Positions 1 through 9,049 of a stretch of DNA of 20,000 nucleotides are shown here, one piece after another. The stretch lies in the IMG/VR virus record IMGVR_UViG_3300030098_002348; one strand, 5' to 3'. Origin of the DNA: an uncultured virus (IMG/VR IMGVR_UViG_3300030098_002348). Taxonomy: Duplodnaviria; Heunggongvirae; Uroviricota; Caudoviricetes. Numbering within the stretch: position 1 is the stretch's first letter; every line of letters begins with the position of its first letter. The notes under the pieces were generated by a model. It made no database searches and was not told where the DNA came from. It worked only from the letters and a program-made list of their open reading frames with translations. Both the position numbers and the translations under genes were made by a program.

Positions 1-1182
1 TCCTAAATTAGAAAATAAATCTTGCCACCTTGTTCTTATTGCATTTATGTTAGCAAATAATTCTGTTTCTACTTCAGTTGCTTTTTTACCATCTAAATGT
101 TTTCTAATAGTATCAGATACTTTAAATTTTTTCTTACTAGGATCTAGAAATTCAAAGGTAACTCTACCTTTTTTATCAATTGTTGGTTTACCAGTAAATA
201 AAAGATCATTTACTTCTTCTAAAAATACATTTCTATTTTTTGCAGATTGATTATTAGCCACAGTTCTCCATGCAGGAAATACGGCATCAATTAATCTATC
301 TGTATCTCTTGATATATTTTTTGCAAGAACAGTATCACCAGATCGTAAACCTTTTTCTGCTCTTTCTAATTTAAAAAATTCTTCTGTTTTTTTACCTCTT
401 GCTCTTAGTGCACCACCAATCTTATCATAAAATTTATCTAATAGGTCATTACTGTATTGTAATTCATTGCCCCGCTTTGCAAGATTTCTTATTATAGCTC
501 CTGTGCCACCAAGTATGCCTGTAAATAATGCACCCTCTGTTCCAAACTTTACTCTGTTTACAATATTTCTTAATGCTTCCTCTTCGCCTTCTAAGCCTTC
601 TGTTCTATCTAATTGTGTTGGTCCACCGAGAGATTCTCCTAACGTTCCTGCACTTTCTACGTCACCAATAAACACACCTTCTGCAACACCGCCTGCTGTT
701 GTGCCTGCAAAAAATTTTGCAGCTTTACCTTTTTTATTTAATTCTGCAGCAACGTCTGCACCTTTTCTTAATTTTTTACCGGCATCCCCTGTTATCGTAA
801 AATAATTACCAGCTTTTTTTGCTCTGATTGCAGTGTTGGCTAAACTAGATCCCACTTTAAAAGCAACACCTCCAGGTATACCTACATTAACCAATAGTTC
901 TGTAATTTTACCAGCAGTGGTTGCCTCTGCCATTTCGTCTAATTCTGTTAGATCATCAAAATATTTTTCTATTTCTGCTGCTTTATTTGTATCGTTTATA
1001 AGATCATATACACTTGCGCCCAAAGACATGACACCTTTTGGTATCTGTATAAGTCCTGAACCCATACCTGCAAAGATTGATTGTAGTGTGCCAATATCAG
1101 AATATTTATCTGCATCTGGTCTTAAATTTACTTCGCTTTCTTGGAGTGTGAGGTTATCGTCTACGCCTAATATTCTAGCCAT
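1..1182 (-). CDS. Large putative internal virion (ejection) protein, N-terminal part, truncated by window edge
   Basis: Not in the ORF track. Manual translation from ATG at 1182 (GGAGG upstream) gives MARILGVDDNLTLQESEVNLRPDADKYSDIGTLQSIFAGMGSGLIQIPKG... open for 394 codons to position 1. Gly/Ala-rich helical character and position after the other internal-type genes suggest the function. Confidence 0.75.
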   Translation of the reverse strand, partial: MARILGVDDNLTLQESEVNLRPDADKYSDIGTLQSIFAGMGSGLIQIPKGVMSLGASVYDLINDTNKAAEIEKYFDDLTELDEMAEATTAGKITELLVNVGIPGGVAFKVGSSLANTAIRAKKAGNYFTITGDAGKKLRKGADVAAELNKKGKAAKFFAGTTAGGVAEGVFIGDVESAGTLGESLGGPTQLDRTEGLEGEEEALRNIVNRVKFGTEGALFTGILGGTGAIIRNLAKRGNELQYSNDLLDKFYDKIGGALRARGKKTEEFFKLERAEKGLRSGDTVLAKNISRDTDRLIDAVFPAWRTVANNQSAKNRNVFLEEVNDLLFTGKPTIDKKGRVTFEFLDPSKKKFKVSDTIRKHLDGKKATEVETELFANINAIRTRWQDLFSNLG

Positions 1183-1192
1183 GGCTACCTCC

Positions 1193-2323
1193 TTATCTTA
1201 TTTGTTTTAATAAAACTTCATCGCTATTTGGATCTTTATAACCAACAAATATTTTTTGATTAAATACAACATACTCGCCATCTTTTGCAGAATATGCTTC
1301 AATAGTTGCAGCATCATCTTTCTCAAATACAGCATCTACTTTTTCACCAGACGCTCTAATTGCATCTCCTAATTGTGCTGGTGCCACATATCCACCTTGT
1401 GATTTACTTGTAACTTTAAATACGTTTTCTGCTACGGAGCTAGATTTATTAGCATATGCTAATGCTTCGTCGTCTGTCATTTTTAATACATTTTTAGCAA
1501 AATTATAATCTTTAGTTCTTACGGAATCAGAGTATTGTTTTGTATCAATTTTAGCTTTAAGTTTTAATTTTTTCTCATAATCTTCTAGATCAGTTTTTCT
1601 CTCGTATTCTTTTAATGCAGCTGCTTGTTTAATTTTACTAGCCTCACCATAAGGATCTGTAGCTCCTGCAGCAAATGCAGCATCTAGGGCACCTTGTACC
1701 CCTCCTTCAGTTAAACCCTTTCTAATGGCCTCTACGAGCGCGTAATTGCCCTTTTTAACGGCTCTATCATAGCCAAGCTTTTGTAATAACTCGCTGTCTG
1801 CCTCTGGAGCTTTTATTTTTCTATCAGGATCAGATAGTATTTTACCTCTATTTCTATCAGGTATTATTGTTTTACTTTTAGACGGGACTGTTTCTGTTTT
1901 AGTTTCATCTACAATTTTTAAAACATCTGAGGTATCAAACTCTGAAGGTTTAAACTGTATATCTTTGAAGGGATCAATATCTGCAGTAGTAATAGTTTCT
2001 TGATCTACCATTTCTATGTTTTTATTTTTAGGAACTACTGGACTTGTTGAGGCAAATAAATCTCCTCTTATAATAGGTGTTTTATATAAATCAACCATGC
2101 TAAAATCTGGTTCGCCTGCAATTGAAATATTTTTTTCTAATTGTTTTTCTAATAATTTTGGTCCTTTTAACACATCTGAACTCAAAGGTTTATCAAACGT
2201 AAAACCAAAAAATCCAGGAGGAGTTCCGTTTTGAAAACCTACTCTTGGTTCTTCAATACCATCCATGATCCCTTCTTTGATAGGGCCACCCATTCTAAAC
2301 ATTGGTCTATTTAAAACTTTCAT
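1193..2323 (-). CDS. Hypothetical phage protein, probable internal virion protein
   Basis: 376-aa ORF starting MKVLNRPMFRMGG; charged helical C-terminal half; start overlaps upstream stop (TAATG). Confidence 0.7.
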   Translation of the reverse strand: MKVLNRPMFRMGGPIKEGIMDGIEEPRVGFQNGTPPGFFGFTFDKPLSSDVLKGPKLLEKQLEKNISIAGEPDFSMVDLYKTPIIRGDLFASTSPVVPKNKNIEMVDQETITTADIDPFKDIQFKPSEFDTSDVLKIVDETKTETVPSKSKTIIPDRNRGKILSDPDRKIKAPEADSELLQKLGYDRAVKKGNYALVEAIRKGLTEGGVQGALDAAFAAGATDPYGEASKIKQAAALKEYERKTDLEDYEKKLKLKAKIDTKQYSDSVRTKDYNFAKNVLKMTDDEALAYANKSSSVAENVFKVTSKSQGGYVAPAQLGDAIRASGEKVDAVFEKDDAATIEAYSAKDGEYVVFNQKIFVGYKDPNSDEVLLKQIR

Positions 2324-3174
2324 TACGTTCTCGGTCTAAATGCTCCATAAATATTAGCAAACAAGTTACCAATACCAAGGGCATTAGATAATGCTTGTGC
2401 TGCAGGATTTGGTAATTGTTGTGGTATAGAAGGTGCTCCAACTCCACCAGATAATCCAGTCAAAGCTTGACCAAATCTTTCCAATCTTCCAAATGGTTCC
2501 ATTGCAGTAGCTTGTGCTAATTGTCGATCTGCTGTTAATTGTGTTTGACCAAGTCCCTGTCTTAATGCACCAAGAGATCCTAGTGCTGAAATATCTTGAC
2601 CTAGACCTGCTCTTGCAAAATTAGATAAACCTAATTGACCTGCAGCTAGTTGAGCTTGATTAGCAAAATCTTGTTGTCGTCTTGCGGCTGCATCTTGAAA
2701 ACCTTGTTGTAATAAACCAGCTCTAATTCCTGCTCTACCTGCTAATGTATCGGCATCAAACTGACCTAACATGGCACCCTCTCTACCTCCACCAAAAGCA
2801 CCTAAACCAACAGCTGCATCTTGAATAGATTGTCTGCCTGCGCCTCTTTCTAAATCAAACTGTCTTAGTGTTTCATCTATAACTTGTTGTTGAAATGGTG
2901 ATTGAAAAGCTGCTATTGATCCAGGCCCGGTCCCTGTTCCCGGTCCCGCTAATCCTGCTTGTGTTCCTAAAGCAGCTTGTGCTGCAGATAGAAACGGTTG
3001 AAAACTTCCTACACCTTGTTGTGCTAATCCTATTGCTTGAGTTTGTAAAGGATCTAAGCCTTCAACAAACTGTCGACCCATGAACTTAGATGGATCTAAC
3101 GGTGCACTATAAGCTGTTTTAGCTTGTTGAGCAAAATCGGTTACAAAATCTTGTAAATAATCAGGTACTGCCAT
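2323..3174 (-). CDS. Gln/Ala/Gly-rich putative DNA-ejection (pilot-type) internal virion protein
   Basis: 283 aa, Q/A/G/L-rich, with motifs FQSPFQQQVID and GAFGGGR and a hydrophobic Gly-rich C-terminus, typical of podovirus ejection proteins; TAATG coupling at both ends. Confidence 0.65.
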   Translation of the reverse strand: MAVPDYLQDFVTDFAQQAKTAYSAPLDPSKFMGRQFVEGLDPLQTQAIGLAQQGVGSFQPFLSAAQAALGTQAGLAGPGTGTGPGSIAAFQSPFQQQVIDETLRQFDLERGAGRQSIQDAAVGLGAFGGGREGAMLGQFDADTLAGRAGIRAGLLQQGFQDAAARRQQDFANQAQLAAGQLGLSNFARAGLGQDISALGSLGALRQGLGQTQLTADRQLAQATAMEPFGRLERFGQALTGLSGGVGAPSIPQQLPNPAAQALSNALGIGNLFANIYGAFRPRT

Positions 3175-4121
3175 TATACTACTCTACTCTCTAATTGTTT
3201 CATTGTGTCATACATTTTTTGTGCGCCAGCTTTTATGCTGCCATTGCCAGCACCTCTAACAGCATCAGCCGTCATTACAAACTCATTTTTGCTTAATCGT
3301 GCAGGTACGTCGTCTGCTTTTTCTTTTGATCCAATTGGAACAAAGCCACCATTTGCCCTGAAATCCATTTCTAACCCACCTAGATCCATAAGTCCACCTT
3401 TTTCAAACTTAGGTCTCATTAAAGATCCTGCTTTACTTCTATCGTATTGAGTAAGTTTTCCACCTTCTTTTTTAGGTGTTCTAACTTCTACACCTCCTGT
3501 GGGATAGTCAAATTTATTAAATCCTGCGGGTGTATCATAACCTTTTACTTTTGAATCAGGAACTGATCCACCATCAGCTGCAAAAAAACTTCTTTGTACA
3601 AATTCTTTTTGAGGCATGAACAATAAATCTGGATCACCAAAATTATAAAAATCTCTTGCTCGTTGGTTTAACAGAGCTATGGTTTCAGGAGTTTGAGTAA
3701 TATCTATATCCTCCTCTTCCACTTCTTCAAATTTAGGGGCAAGTAAATCTGGTTTTACGAAAGGCAGTAATCCACCTAATAGACTAGCTGTCGTACCAGC
3801 TCTAGCAATATTAAATTTGTTATCTTTAAAAAGCAAAGGATTTTGTTTGCTAAAAAATGTTCCTAAACCCGAAGCTAAATTTTCTCCACTAAAAAATCCT
3901 TTTGCTAAAGGATTAAATCTTGCAAAACCTGTACCACCTGCTCCACCTAAAGCACCTAATCCATAAGCTGCTAAGGCTGCTGTAAGAGCTGTTCTTCCAA
4001 GGGGGCTTTTGGCTACTTTCTTGACACCTCTAACGGCTTTTTTAATAGGTCTAGTTATTTTTCTAACTAAACTACCTAATCCATATAATTGTCGGGGTTC
4101 TTGCATTCTAGATATAGCCAT
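3174..4121 (-). CDS. Putative internal virion protein with C-terminal DDVPARLSKNEFV domain
   Basis: 315 aa; basic N-terminus (GLGSLVRKITRPIKKAVRGVKK), hydrophobic Gly/Ala stretch, several xxxGG motifs and C-terminal GGFVPIG..KADDVPARLSKNEFVMTADAVRGAG segment. Confidence 0.7.
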   Translation of the reverse strand: MAISRMQEPRQLYGLGSLVRKITRPIKKAVRGVKKVAKSPLGRTALTAALAAYGLGALGGAGGTGFARFNPLAKGFFSGENLASGLGTFFSKQNPLLFKDNKFNIARAGTTASLLGGLLPFVKPDLLAPKFEEVEEEDIDITQTPETIALLNQRARDFYNFGDPDLLFMPQKEFVQRSFFAADGGSVPDSKVKGYDTPAGFNKFDYPTGGVEVRTPKKEGGKLTQYDRSKAGSLMRPKFEKGGLMDLGGLEMDFRANGGFVPIGSKEKADDVPARLSKNEFVMTADAVRGAGNGSIKAGAQKMYDTMKQLESRVV

Positions 4122-4141
4122 ATTTTTACCTCAATTTATTG

Positions 4142-4170
4142 GTTTTACTTTGTTTTAGCGAACAAATCAA
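4142..4170 (-). promoter_or_regulatory. Putative sigma70-type promoter for the internal protein genes
   Basis: TTGATT (4170-4165), 17 bp, TAAAAC (4147-4142), just upstream of ATG at 4121. Confidence 0.4.
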
Positions 4171-4315
4171 GAGGTGGCATGATCACTTTTACGTCTTGAG
4201 CCATGTCTTCTGGCTTGTAACCTTTGGCCTCCCACTCGCTTTTTTCCTTAAAAACTTCTCCTGTTTTCTTGTGTCTGTACGTTTCTTCTACTTTTGCTGG
4301 TTTTAGTATCTTCAT
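4145..4315 (-). CDS. Small hypothetical phage protein (56 aa)
   Basis: Below the ORF-track cut-off. MKILKPAKVEETYRHKKTGEVFKEKSEWEAKGYKPEDMAQDVKVIMPPLDLFAKTK*; ATG overlaps the upstream stop (TAATG at 4315) and fills the gap. Confidence 0.8.
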   Translation of the reverse strand: MKILKPAKVEETYRHKKTGEVFKEKSEWEAKGYKPEDMAQDVKVIMPPLDLFAKTK

Positions 4316-4653
4316 TAGTCAGTTTTCTCCTTTAGTATGTTTAGATAACTAATACCTATATCCACACCGTCACTCACTGTACCTGCTGTAGTGTACTTCA
4401 ATATCTTACCGCCTTCTAAAATTAAAGGTAGGGTTAATATTTCAACACTAGTATTTACGGCTAATTGTTGGGTGTGAACAATAAATACACTATCATTCAA
4501 TATACTTATTGTTGGGGTATTAGATCCAGATTTGTTAGTTACTCTTAACGATCTTACAATTATTGTTTCATTGACTCCAGGAGAAAGCATGTTTACTGTT
4601 TCAGCTGCAGTTGTAGTTTTAGCATAAAATTTATATTGGTTTACTATTGCCAT
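4315..4653 (-). CDS. Small beta-rich hypothetical structural protein
   Basis: 112 aa; TIIVRSLRVTN...PLILEGGKILK...ISYL pattern resembles the 129-aa protein at 13062-13451. Confidence 0.7.
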   Translation of the reverse strand: MAIVNQYKFYAKTTTAAETVNMLSPGVNETIIVRSLRVTNKSGSNTPTISILNDSVFIVHTQQLAVNTSVEILTLPLILEGGKILKYTTAGTVSDGVDIGISYLNILKEKTD

Positions 4654-4820
4654 TATGCATCTAAAAAGAAACTTTTAGCTTCTATCTCCTGTTTTACTTC
4701 GTCTTGAAACGATGAGTTTAATTTTGTTATTACACCGTCAAGATCTCTAATTAACGATTGTAAATTTTGTCTACTATATTCTTCTTCTGCTCTAGTTAAT
4801 GATTGTACAATTTTAGCCAT
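4653..4820 (-). CDS. Small helical/coiled-coil hypothetical protein (55 aa)
   Basis: Below the ORF-track cut-off. MAKIVQSLTRAEEEYSRQNLQSLIRDLDGVITKLNSSFQDEVKQEIEAKSFFLDA*; GGAGG upstream; stop overlaps the next ATG (TAATG at 4653). Confidence 0.8.
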   Translation of the reverse strand: MAKIVQSLTRAEEEYSRQNLQSLIRDLDGVITKLNSSFQDEVKQEIEAKSFFLDA

Positions 4821-5508
4821 ATAAGTCTACTATACCTCCTCTTTTAAATGGAGTTCCCGCTGTATCATCAGTTCCTCCTCTACTTACGGACCCTTCAACA
4901 TTTGGACCACTAGTAGATCTTCCTGTTGGTCCAACATCACCTTGATAATCAGATGTGCCAATATTAGGGTCTGGTCGCCCAAATGGATTTTGTTTATCTT
5001 GTATGGCCTCTTTAACTTGATTAAAAGTTAGTCCATAGTTTTGTCGATAAAAATCATCTGCTTTTTGTTTATCTAAACTTCTTAATCCTTCTAGTGCGTA
5101 CGATCTAAAAGAACTTGTTCCTGGTTTTAAAAAATTACTTTCCAGTATTGTTGGTCCAACATTGTATCCAAATCTATCTCTAAAAAATCCTGTGCTTGGG
5201 TCTCTAAATACACCTATTGCTAATGGGTTAGGAACATTCGGCTGTGATGTTCTTGATAAAGCATTAAGTAAAAAACCTGCTCCAGGTATTCCAGATGCTA
5301 TTCCTGTAAGAGTGTTAATGGCTGGTCCTACAAACTGTTTTACCGGATCCATGAATCGATTATACATGCTAAACAATCCTTGAAAGTTTGGATCATCTTC
5401 GTCTAATTCATCTACAAATCCAAAATCTGTTTTATATGAATCAGGTAACTGAATCTCTCCAGACGCTATCATATCTCTAAACTTTTCAGCATCAATTCTA
5501 GTTGCCAC
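4813..5508 (-). CDS. Hypothetical protein, low-complexity C-terminus ending FKRGGIVDL
   Basis: 231-aa ORF with GTG start coupled to the upstream TAG; C-terminal xxxGG motif shared with the internal-type proteins. Confidence 0.65.
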   Translation of the reverse strand: MATRIDAEKFRDMIASGEIQLPDSYKTDFGFVDELDEDDPNFQGLFSMYNRFMDPVKQFVGPAINTLTGIASGIPGAGFLLNALSRTSQPNVPNPLAIGVFRDPSTGFFRDRFGYNVGPTILESNFLKPGTSSFRSYALEGLRSLDKQKADDFYRQNYGLTFNQVKEAIQDKQNPFGRPDPNIGTSDYQGDVGPTGRSTSGPNVEGSVSRGGTDDTAGTPFKRGGIVDLYG

Positions 5509-7679
5509 TATCTTCTACCTCCAGGGTGTATATCTAATCTAAATGTACCAAGTTTCCAATCTTGGTTAGTTGCTGTATTTGCCACCTTTAACGCTATAGA
5601 TCTAGCTCTTAATCTAGTGTCAACTTTTGTTGTGGTTGGGGTAGCTGTAAAATTAGTTGTCGTTGGTGTACTGTTTGGAAAATCTCTCGTTTGAAAACTA
5701 ATCTGTGTGTTGCCTGTTTGAGAAATAAAGTCAGGAATAAATCTACTAATTCTCATTATAAACTCACCATCTCCTCTTAGATCCATCATGCCTACAGTAT
5801 CTCCTCTAATTGTTCTTCTAGTAATATCAAAATCACCAGACGTTATAGTTCCAATAACTGCAGTAACAACTCCACCGGCATTTACTTGATCGGTCCCTGT
5901 TTCCTGCTGATAGTAGATTGTGCATCCATCCGTGTTACCTGTAACATCATACGAGGCGTTACTATCTGGATCATAGAACGTAGCATGAGGTCTATCAAAA
6001 ACAGCGGAGTCTTGCCAAGCTGCTCTAGGTAATGTGCCCGTAGTCCATATCGGTCTTCTAGGTGTAGAGTCTAAATAATTGTATGTAACAACTCTATCAA
6101 TTTGATCTGAGTTCTCTGTGCAATAAAACCAGTTTACTTCTCCAAATAAATTATTTAATCCAGCGTTAATTAAGTCTCTAGATGTAGCGTTAATATCATC
6201 ATACACATGGTCTTCAACTAAACTAGGTAGTGATTTTAATTGACCATCATAAGAAAAGAATCCGTTCTCTGACATCCAATAAGCTGTGCCGTCTACCTCA
6301 ATACATGCATTCTTACCAAATAATCCACAGTTTGTTCCTACTTGTTCAAACGAGAAAGTAAAAGGTTGGCCAACAAATTTCATAAGAAATAGTGCTGTAT
6401 CAGTCCAAATATAAATTGCATCCCGACCTCTAATAGCACCCATTATTTCAGAACCGTCAGCTAGTCTTTGTGTTCCAGCTGTGTTGGTTGCAGTAACAGT
6501 ATACGCATTGGTGCCAGAAATATTTTCTTGATCAGAAAATCTAATAAACATATCGTCTTGTGTAGTTGTATCACCAACTGTTGTTTCTGTTCCAAAGAAA
6601 ACTAAGTGACGATCTGGTGTAGAAACTAAAACGTGTCTTGATTTTGTAGGAGCGTTTGCAATAATTGTTGCTCTATTACCTGTAGCATTTGCTGCTGCAG
6701 CATCCCATTCAAAACATGCACCATTATATATTAATGCTATTAACTTTGTTCCAAAGTTGTCTAATACCCATAAACCTGGATCAATCGTAAAGTCAGCAGA
6801 TGATGGATCACCCCAAGCAACAAATTTAGAAATGTCTGTTACAGTTGCACCTGCACTATGTCCTGCTTTAGCTGTTCCATTAACTTCTCTCGAACCACCA
6901 CTTAAAATATTAGTTGTAGTGTTATTGCTTGTAAAACTTATATCCTCTGATCCTATTCTTATTTCACCAGACGCTGGAAAAGCTGCGCTATTGGTTAAAG
7001 GTATATCGGTTACGGTGTCGTTAATTGTAGAGGCTAAAGTTGTTGTAGATGCACCTAAAGCAGTACCAGACCATAAACCTGTGCCCCAACCAAAACCACC
7101 TAATTGTTGTGATGGTCCCACAGTGTAATATATTTTAACATCTGCAGAACCTGCATTTGTTAAAGCTGAACCGGACTCTACACTTGCCATCGTTATAGTA
7201 AATGTTGTAGCGCTTGGAATCGATGTCACCATAAATTTTTCGTCTTCAAAAGTAGAGTTACTAAAAGTAGACCCACTTAATCCAGTGACGTTGTCAAATA
7301 AAACAATGTCGTTTTCATTTAATCCATGAGATGAACCTACGGTTATGGTAACAGTATTTGAAGAAGATGTGCTGGTAAAGTTAGCTCCTGATATTGTTGT
7401 TCGTATAGGGTGGATATCATAAAAAATACCACCTGAATAAACGTATAGAATTCTATTAGTGCCTATGGCAGCATATTTAATACCAGCATTATCATCAAAA
7501 TGGTGTAGAGCTCTGGCTGCTCCAGTTAATTTATTTTCACCTAATTGTTGCCAACCTCCTATTTTTTCAGGAGTCCCATATCTAAATCTAACATTGTCAC
7601 CATCAAACCATTGGCCCTCGGCCCCGGTCTCCGTAACTTGTTTATTAAACCCTGGTGCAAAACCTAATTTCTGTAACAT
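5508..7679 (-). CDS. Putative tail nozzle / packaged-DNA stabilization (beta-propeller-type) protein with inserted accessory domains
   Basis: 723 aa with motifs MFIRFSDQE, AGTQRL..GSEI, IYIWTDTAL, GTNCGL, AYWMS..GFF.YDG and EVNWFY, characteristic of podovirus nozzle proteins; size and position fit. Confidence 0.7.
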   Translation of the reverse strand: MLQKLGFAPGFNKQVTETGAEGQWFDGDNVRFRYGTPEKIGGWQQLGENKLTGAARALHHFDDNAGIKYAAIGTNRILYVYSGGIFYDIHPIRTTISGANFTSTSSSNTVTITVGSSHGLNENDIVLFDNVTGLSGSTFSNSTFEDEKFMVTSIPSATTFTITMASVESGSALTNAGSADVKIYYTVGPSQQLGGFGWGTGLWSGTALGASTTTLASTINDTVTDIPLTNSAAFPASGEIRIGSEDISFTSNNTTTNILSGGSREVNGTAKAGHSAGATVTDISKFVAWGDPSSADFTIDPGLWVLDNFGTKLIALIYNGACFEWDAAAANATGNRATIIANAPTKSRHVLVSTPDRHLVFFGTETTVGDTTTQDDMFIRFSDQENISGTNAYTVTATNTAGTQRLADGSEIMGAIRGRDAIYIWTDTALFLMKFVGQPFTFSFEQVGTNCGLFGKNACIEVDGTAYWMSENGFFSYDGQLKSLPSLVEDHVYDDINATSRDLINAGLNNLFGEVNWFYCTENSDQIDRVVTYNYLDSTPRRPIWTTGTLPRAAWQDSAVFDRPHATFYDPDSNASYDVTGNTDGCTIYYQQETGTDQVNAGGVVTAVIGTITSGDFDITRRTIRGDTVGMMDLRGDGEFIMRISRFIPDFISQTGNTQISFQTRDFPNSTPTTTNFTATPTTTKVDTRLRARSIALKVANTATNQDWKLGTFRLDIHPGGRR

Positions 7680-7690
7680 ACTAATCCCAT

Positions 7691-7743
7691 ATATTAATCA
7701 GGCGAGAGATGGTGTGGTGGTGTATCTCTCGCCAGATTAGTAT
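7691..7743 (-). promoter_or_regulatory. Intergenic stem-loop upstream of the nozzle gene
   Basis: Perfect 10-bp inverted repeat GGCGAGAGAT (7701-7710) / ATCTCTCGCC (7724-7733) with a 13-nt loop, extended by TAATC/GATTA after one mismatch. Confidence 0.7.
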
Positions 7744-7752
7744 TCTACTATA

Positions 7753-8385
7753 TTATTTTGGTAATTTAAAGCCCTTAAACCATGCAGGTAGCCCTACGAA
7801 AGGCCGTTTATCAAATTCATTTTCTTTAGCCATCTTAGAGCCTTTTTTATTGTAGTGTAGAAATACCTGACCACAATGGTCACCTTTAAATTCTTCTCTC
7901 CAATGTTCTAAATCACATCCAGAGTATATAAGCATATCACCTGGTTCTAGTTTAATTTCAATACCAGCTTGTCTTTCTTTACCCGTTGGGTCTAAATATA
8001 TAGGCCACTCATCACCACCTAAATTTAAAGTTGTAGATATCTCACAACTAAATCTATCCTTATGTCTTTTTAATTCATCTCCTTTTTTATATATCCTAGA
8101 ATAAGAATATGTTTCTGATAATTTTAAACCTGTATGTTTTTCCATAATAGGTTTTACTTTTTGTAGTAAAGTTTCCATAACCATGTCACCATAATGTGAG
8201 TATGTATTTGGCACTTGAGTATCATTCCAAACTCCGAAGTACTCTGTAAATGGTGATATAAATTTTTGGTCAAACAAAAATCTTGCTACCCTTCTTTTGT
8301 TTAAGAAATAGGCATAACAAAAATCAGCCATTTCTCTATTTATTGCTTTTTTTAAAACACTATATTTATTTTTTTTGAACGACAT
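7753..8385 (-). CDS. 2OG-Fe(II) oxygenase-like protein
   Basis: Start re-called at ATG 8385 (MSFKKNKY, AAGGAG upstream) instead of 8442. Motifs RIYKKGDELKRHKDR (HxD), GDMLIYSGCDLEHWR (distal His) and QVFLHY. Confidence 0.75.
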   Translation of the reverse strand: MSFKKNKYSVLKKAINREMADFCYAYFLNKRRVARFLFDQKFISPFTEYFGVWNDTQVPNTYSHYGDMVMETLLQKVKPIMEKHTGLKLSETYSYSRIYKKGDELKRHKDRFSCEISTTLNLGGDEWPIYLDPTGKERQAGIEIKLEPGDMLIYSGCDLEHWREEFKGDHCGQVFLHYNKKGSKMAKENEFDKRPFVGLPAWFKGFKLPK

Positions 8386-9049
8386 TAAGTACTCCTTTCG
8401 GTATTGCTTGACAGTTCCAATGTATAAATCTAAATGGTTCATACCCTAAATCAACACTATATAAATGTGGCATGTAAGATGGAAAAAACATTATACGACC
8501 AGGCTGAACTTTAAAAAAAACTTGTGAGGTTGCTTGAGTTAATTTTGTTTTATCTTTTTCTGGTAAAAGATTCATTACGTTACCCGCTCTTGGATCTTCA
8601 AAGACCGGCATAGATGTTTTTTCACTAGCTTTTAAAAAATAAAATCCAGACATATGTCCATTCCAATGTGTATGTAAAGTGTGGTGTCCACCACCTTTTT
8701 TTGCAAATTCTTGAACCCACATTTCAGTCGTAAATACTTGATAATTAGTTAAATCAAAACCCATTTCATTTAATAAATTATGTGATGTTGCACCAATATA
8801 GTTTTGTAAATCTTTAAATTTAGGATCGTTAATTAAAGTTGTAGAATGAAACACATGGCCCATATCTTCTTTATTACCAAGTTTTTTGTTTCTTTCATCT
8901 ATTTCTTTTTTTAAATTTTTCTGAGCCTTTTTAATATAAATATCAGAAGCTTTATTTAATTTGTTTACAAATTTAGGTTGATCTGCCCACCAAATAGGAC
9001 ATTTAAAATATTCTTCTAAGTGTAATTGTTTTGGAAAAGTCATGCTCAT
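8366..9049 (-). CDS. Putative 2OG-Fe(II) oxygenase, TIGR02466/PF13759-like
   Basis: Motifs WVQ...HHTLHTH...SGFYFLK...FEDPR...PGRIMFFPSYMPH...RFIHWN (HxH...H). Confidence 0.8.
   Translation of the reverse strand: MSMTFPKQLHLEEYFKCPIWWADQPKFVNKLNKASDIYIKKAQKNLKKEIDERNKKLGNKEDMGHVFHSTTLINDPKFKDLQNYIGATSHNLLNEMGFDLTNYQVFTTEMWVQEFAKKGGGHHTLHTHWNGHMSGFYFLKASEKTSMPVFEDPRAGNVMNLLPEKDKTKLTQATSQVFFKVQPGRIMFFPSYMPHLYSVDLGYEPFRFIHWNCQAIPKGVLNVVQKK

Noticed and set aside
8386..8442. N-terminal extension of the third oxygenase in the ORF track
   Set aside because: It overlaps the upstream gene heavily; ATG 8385 has a clear AAGGAG RBS.
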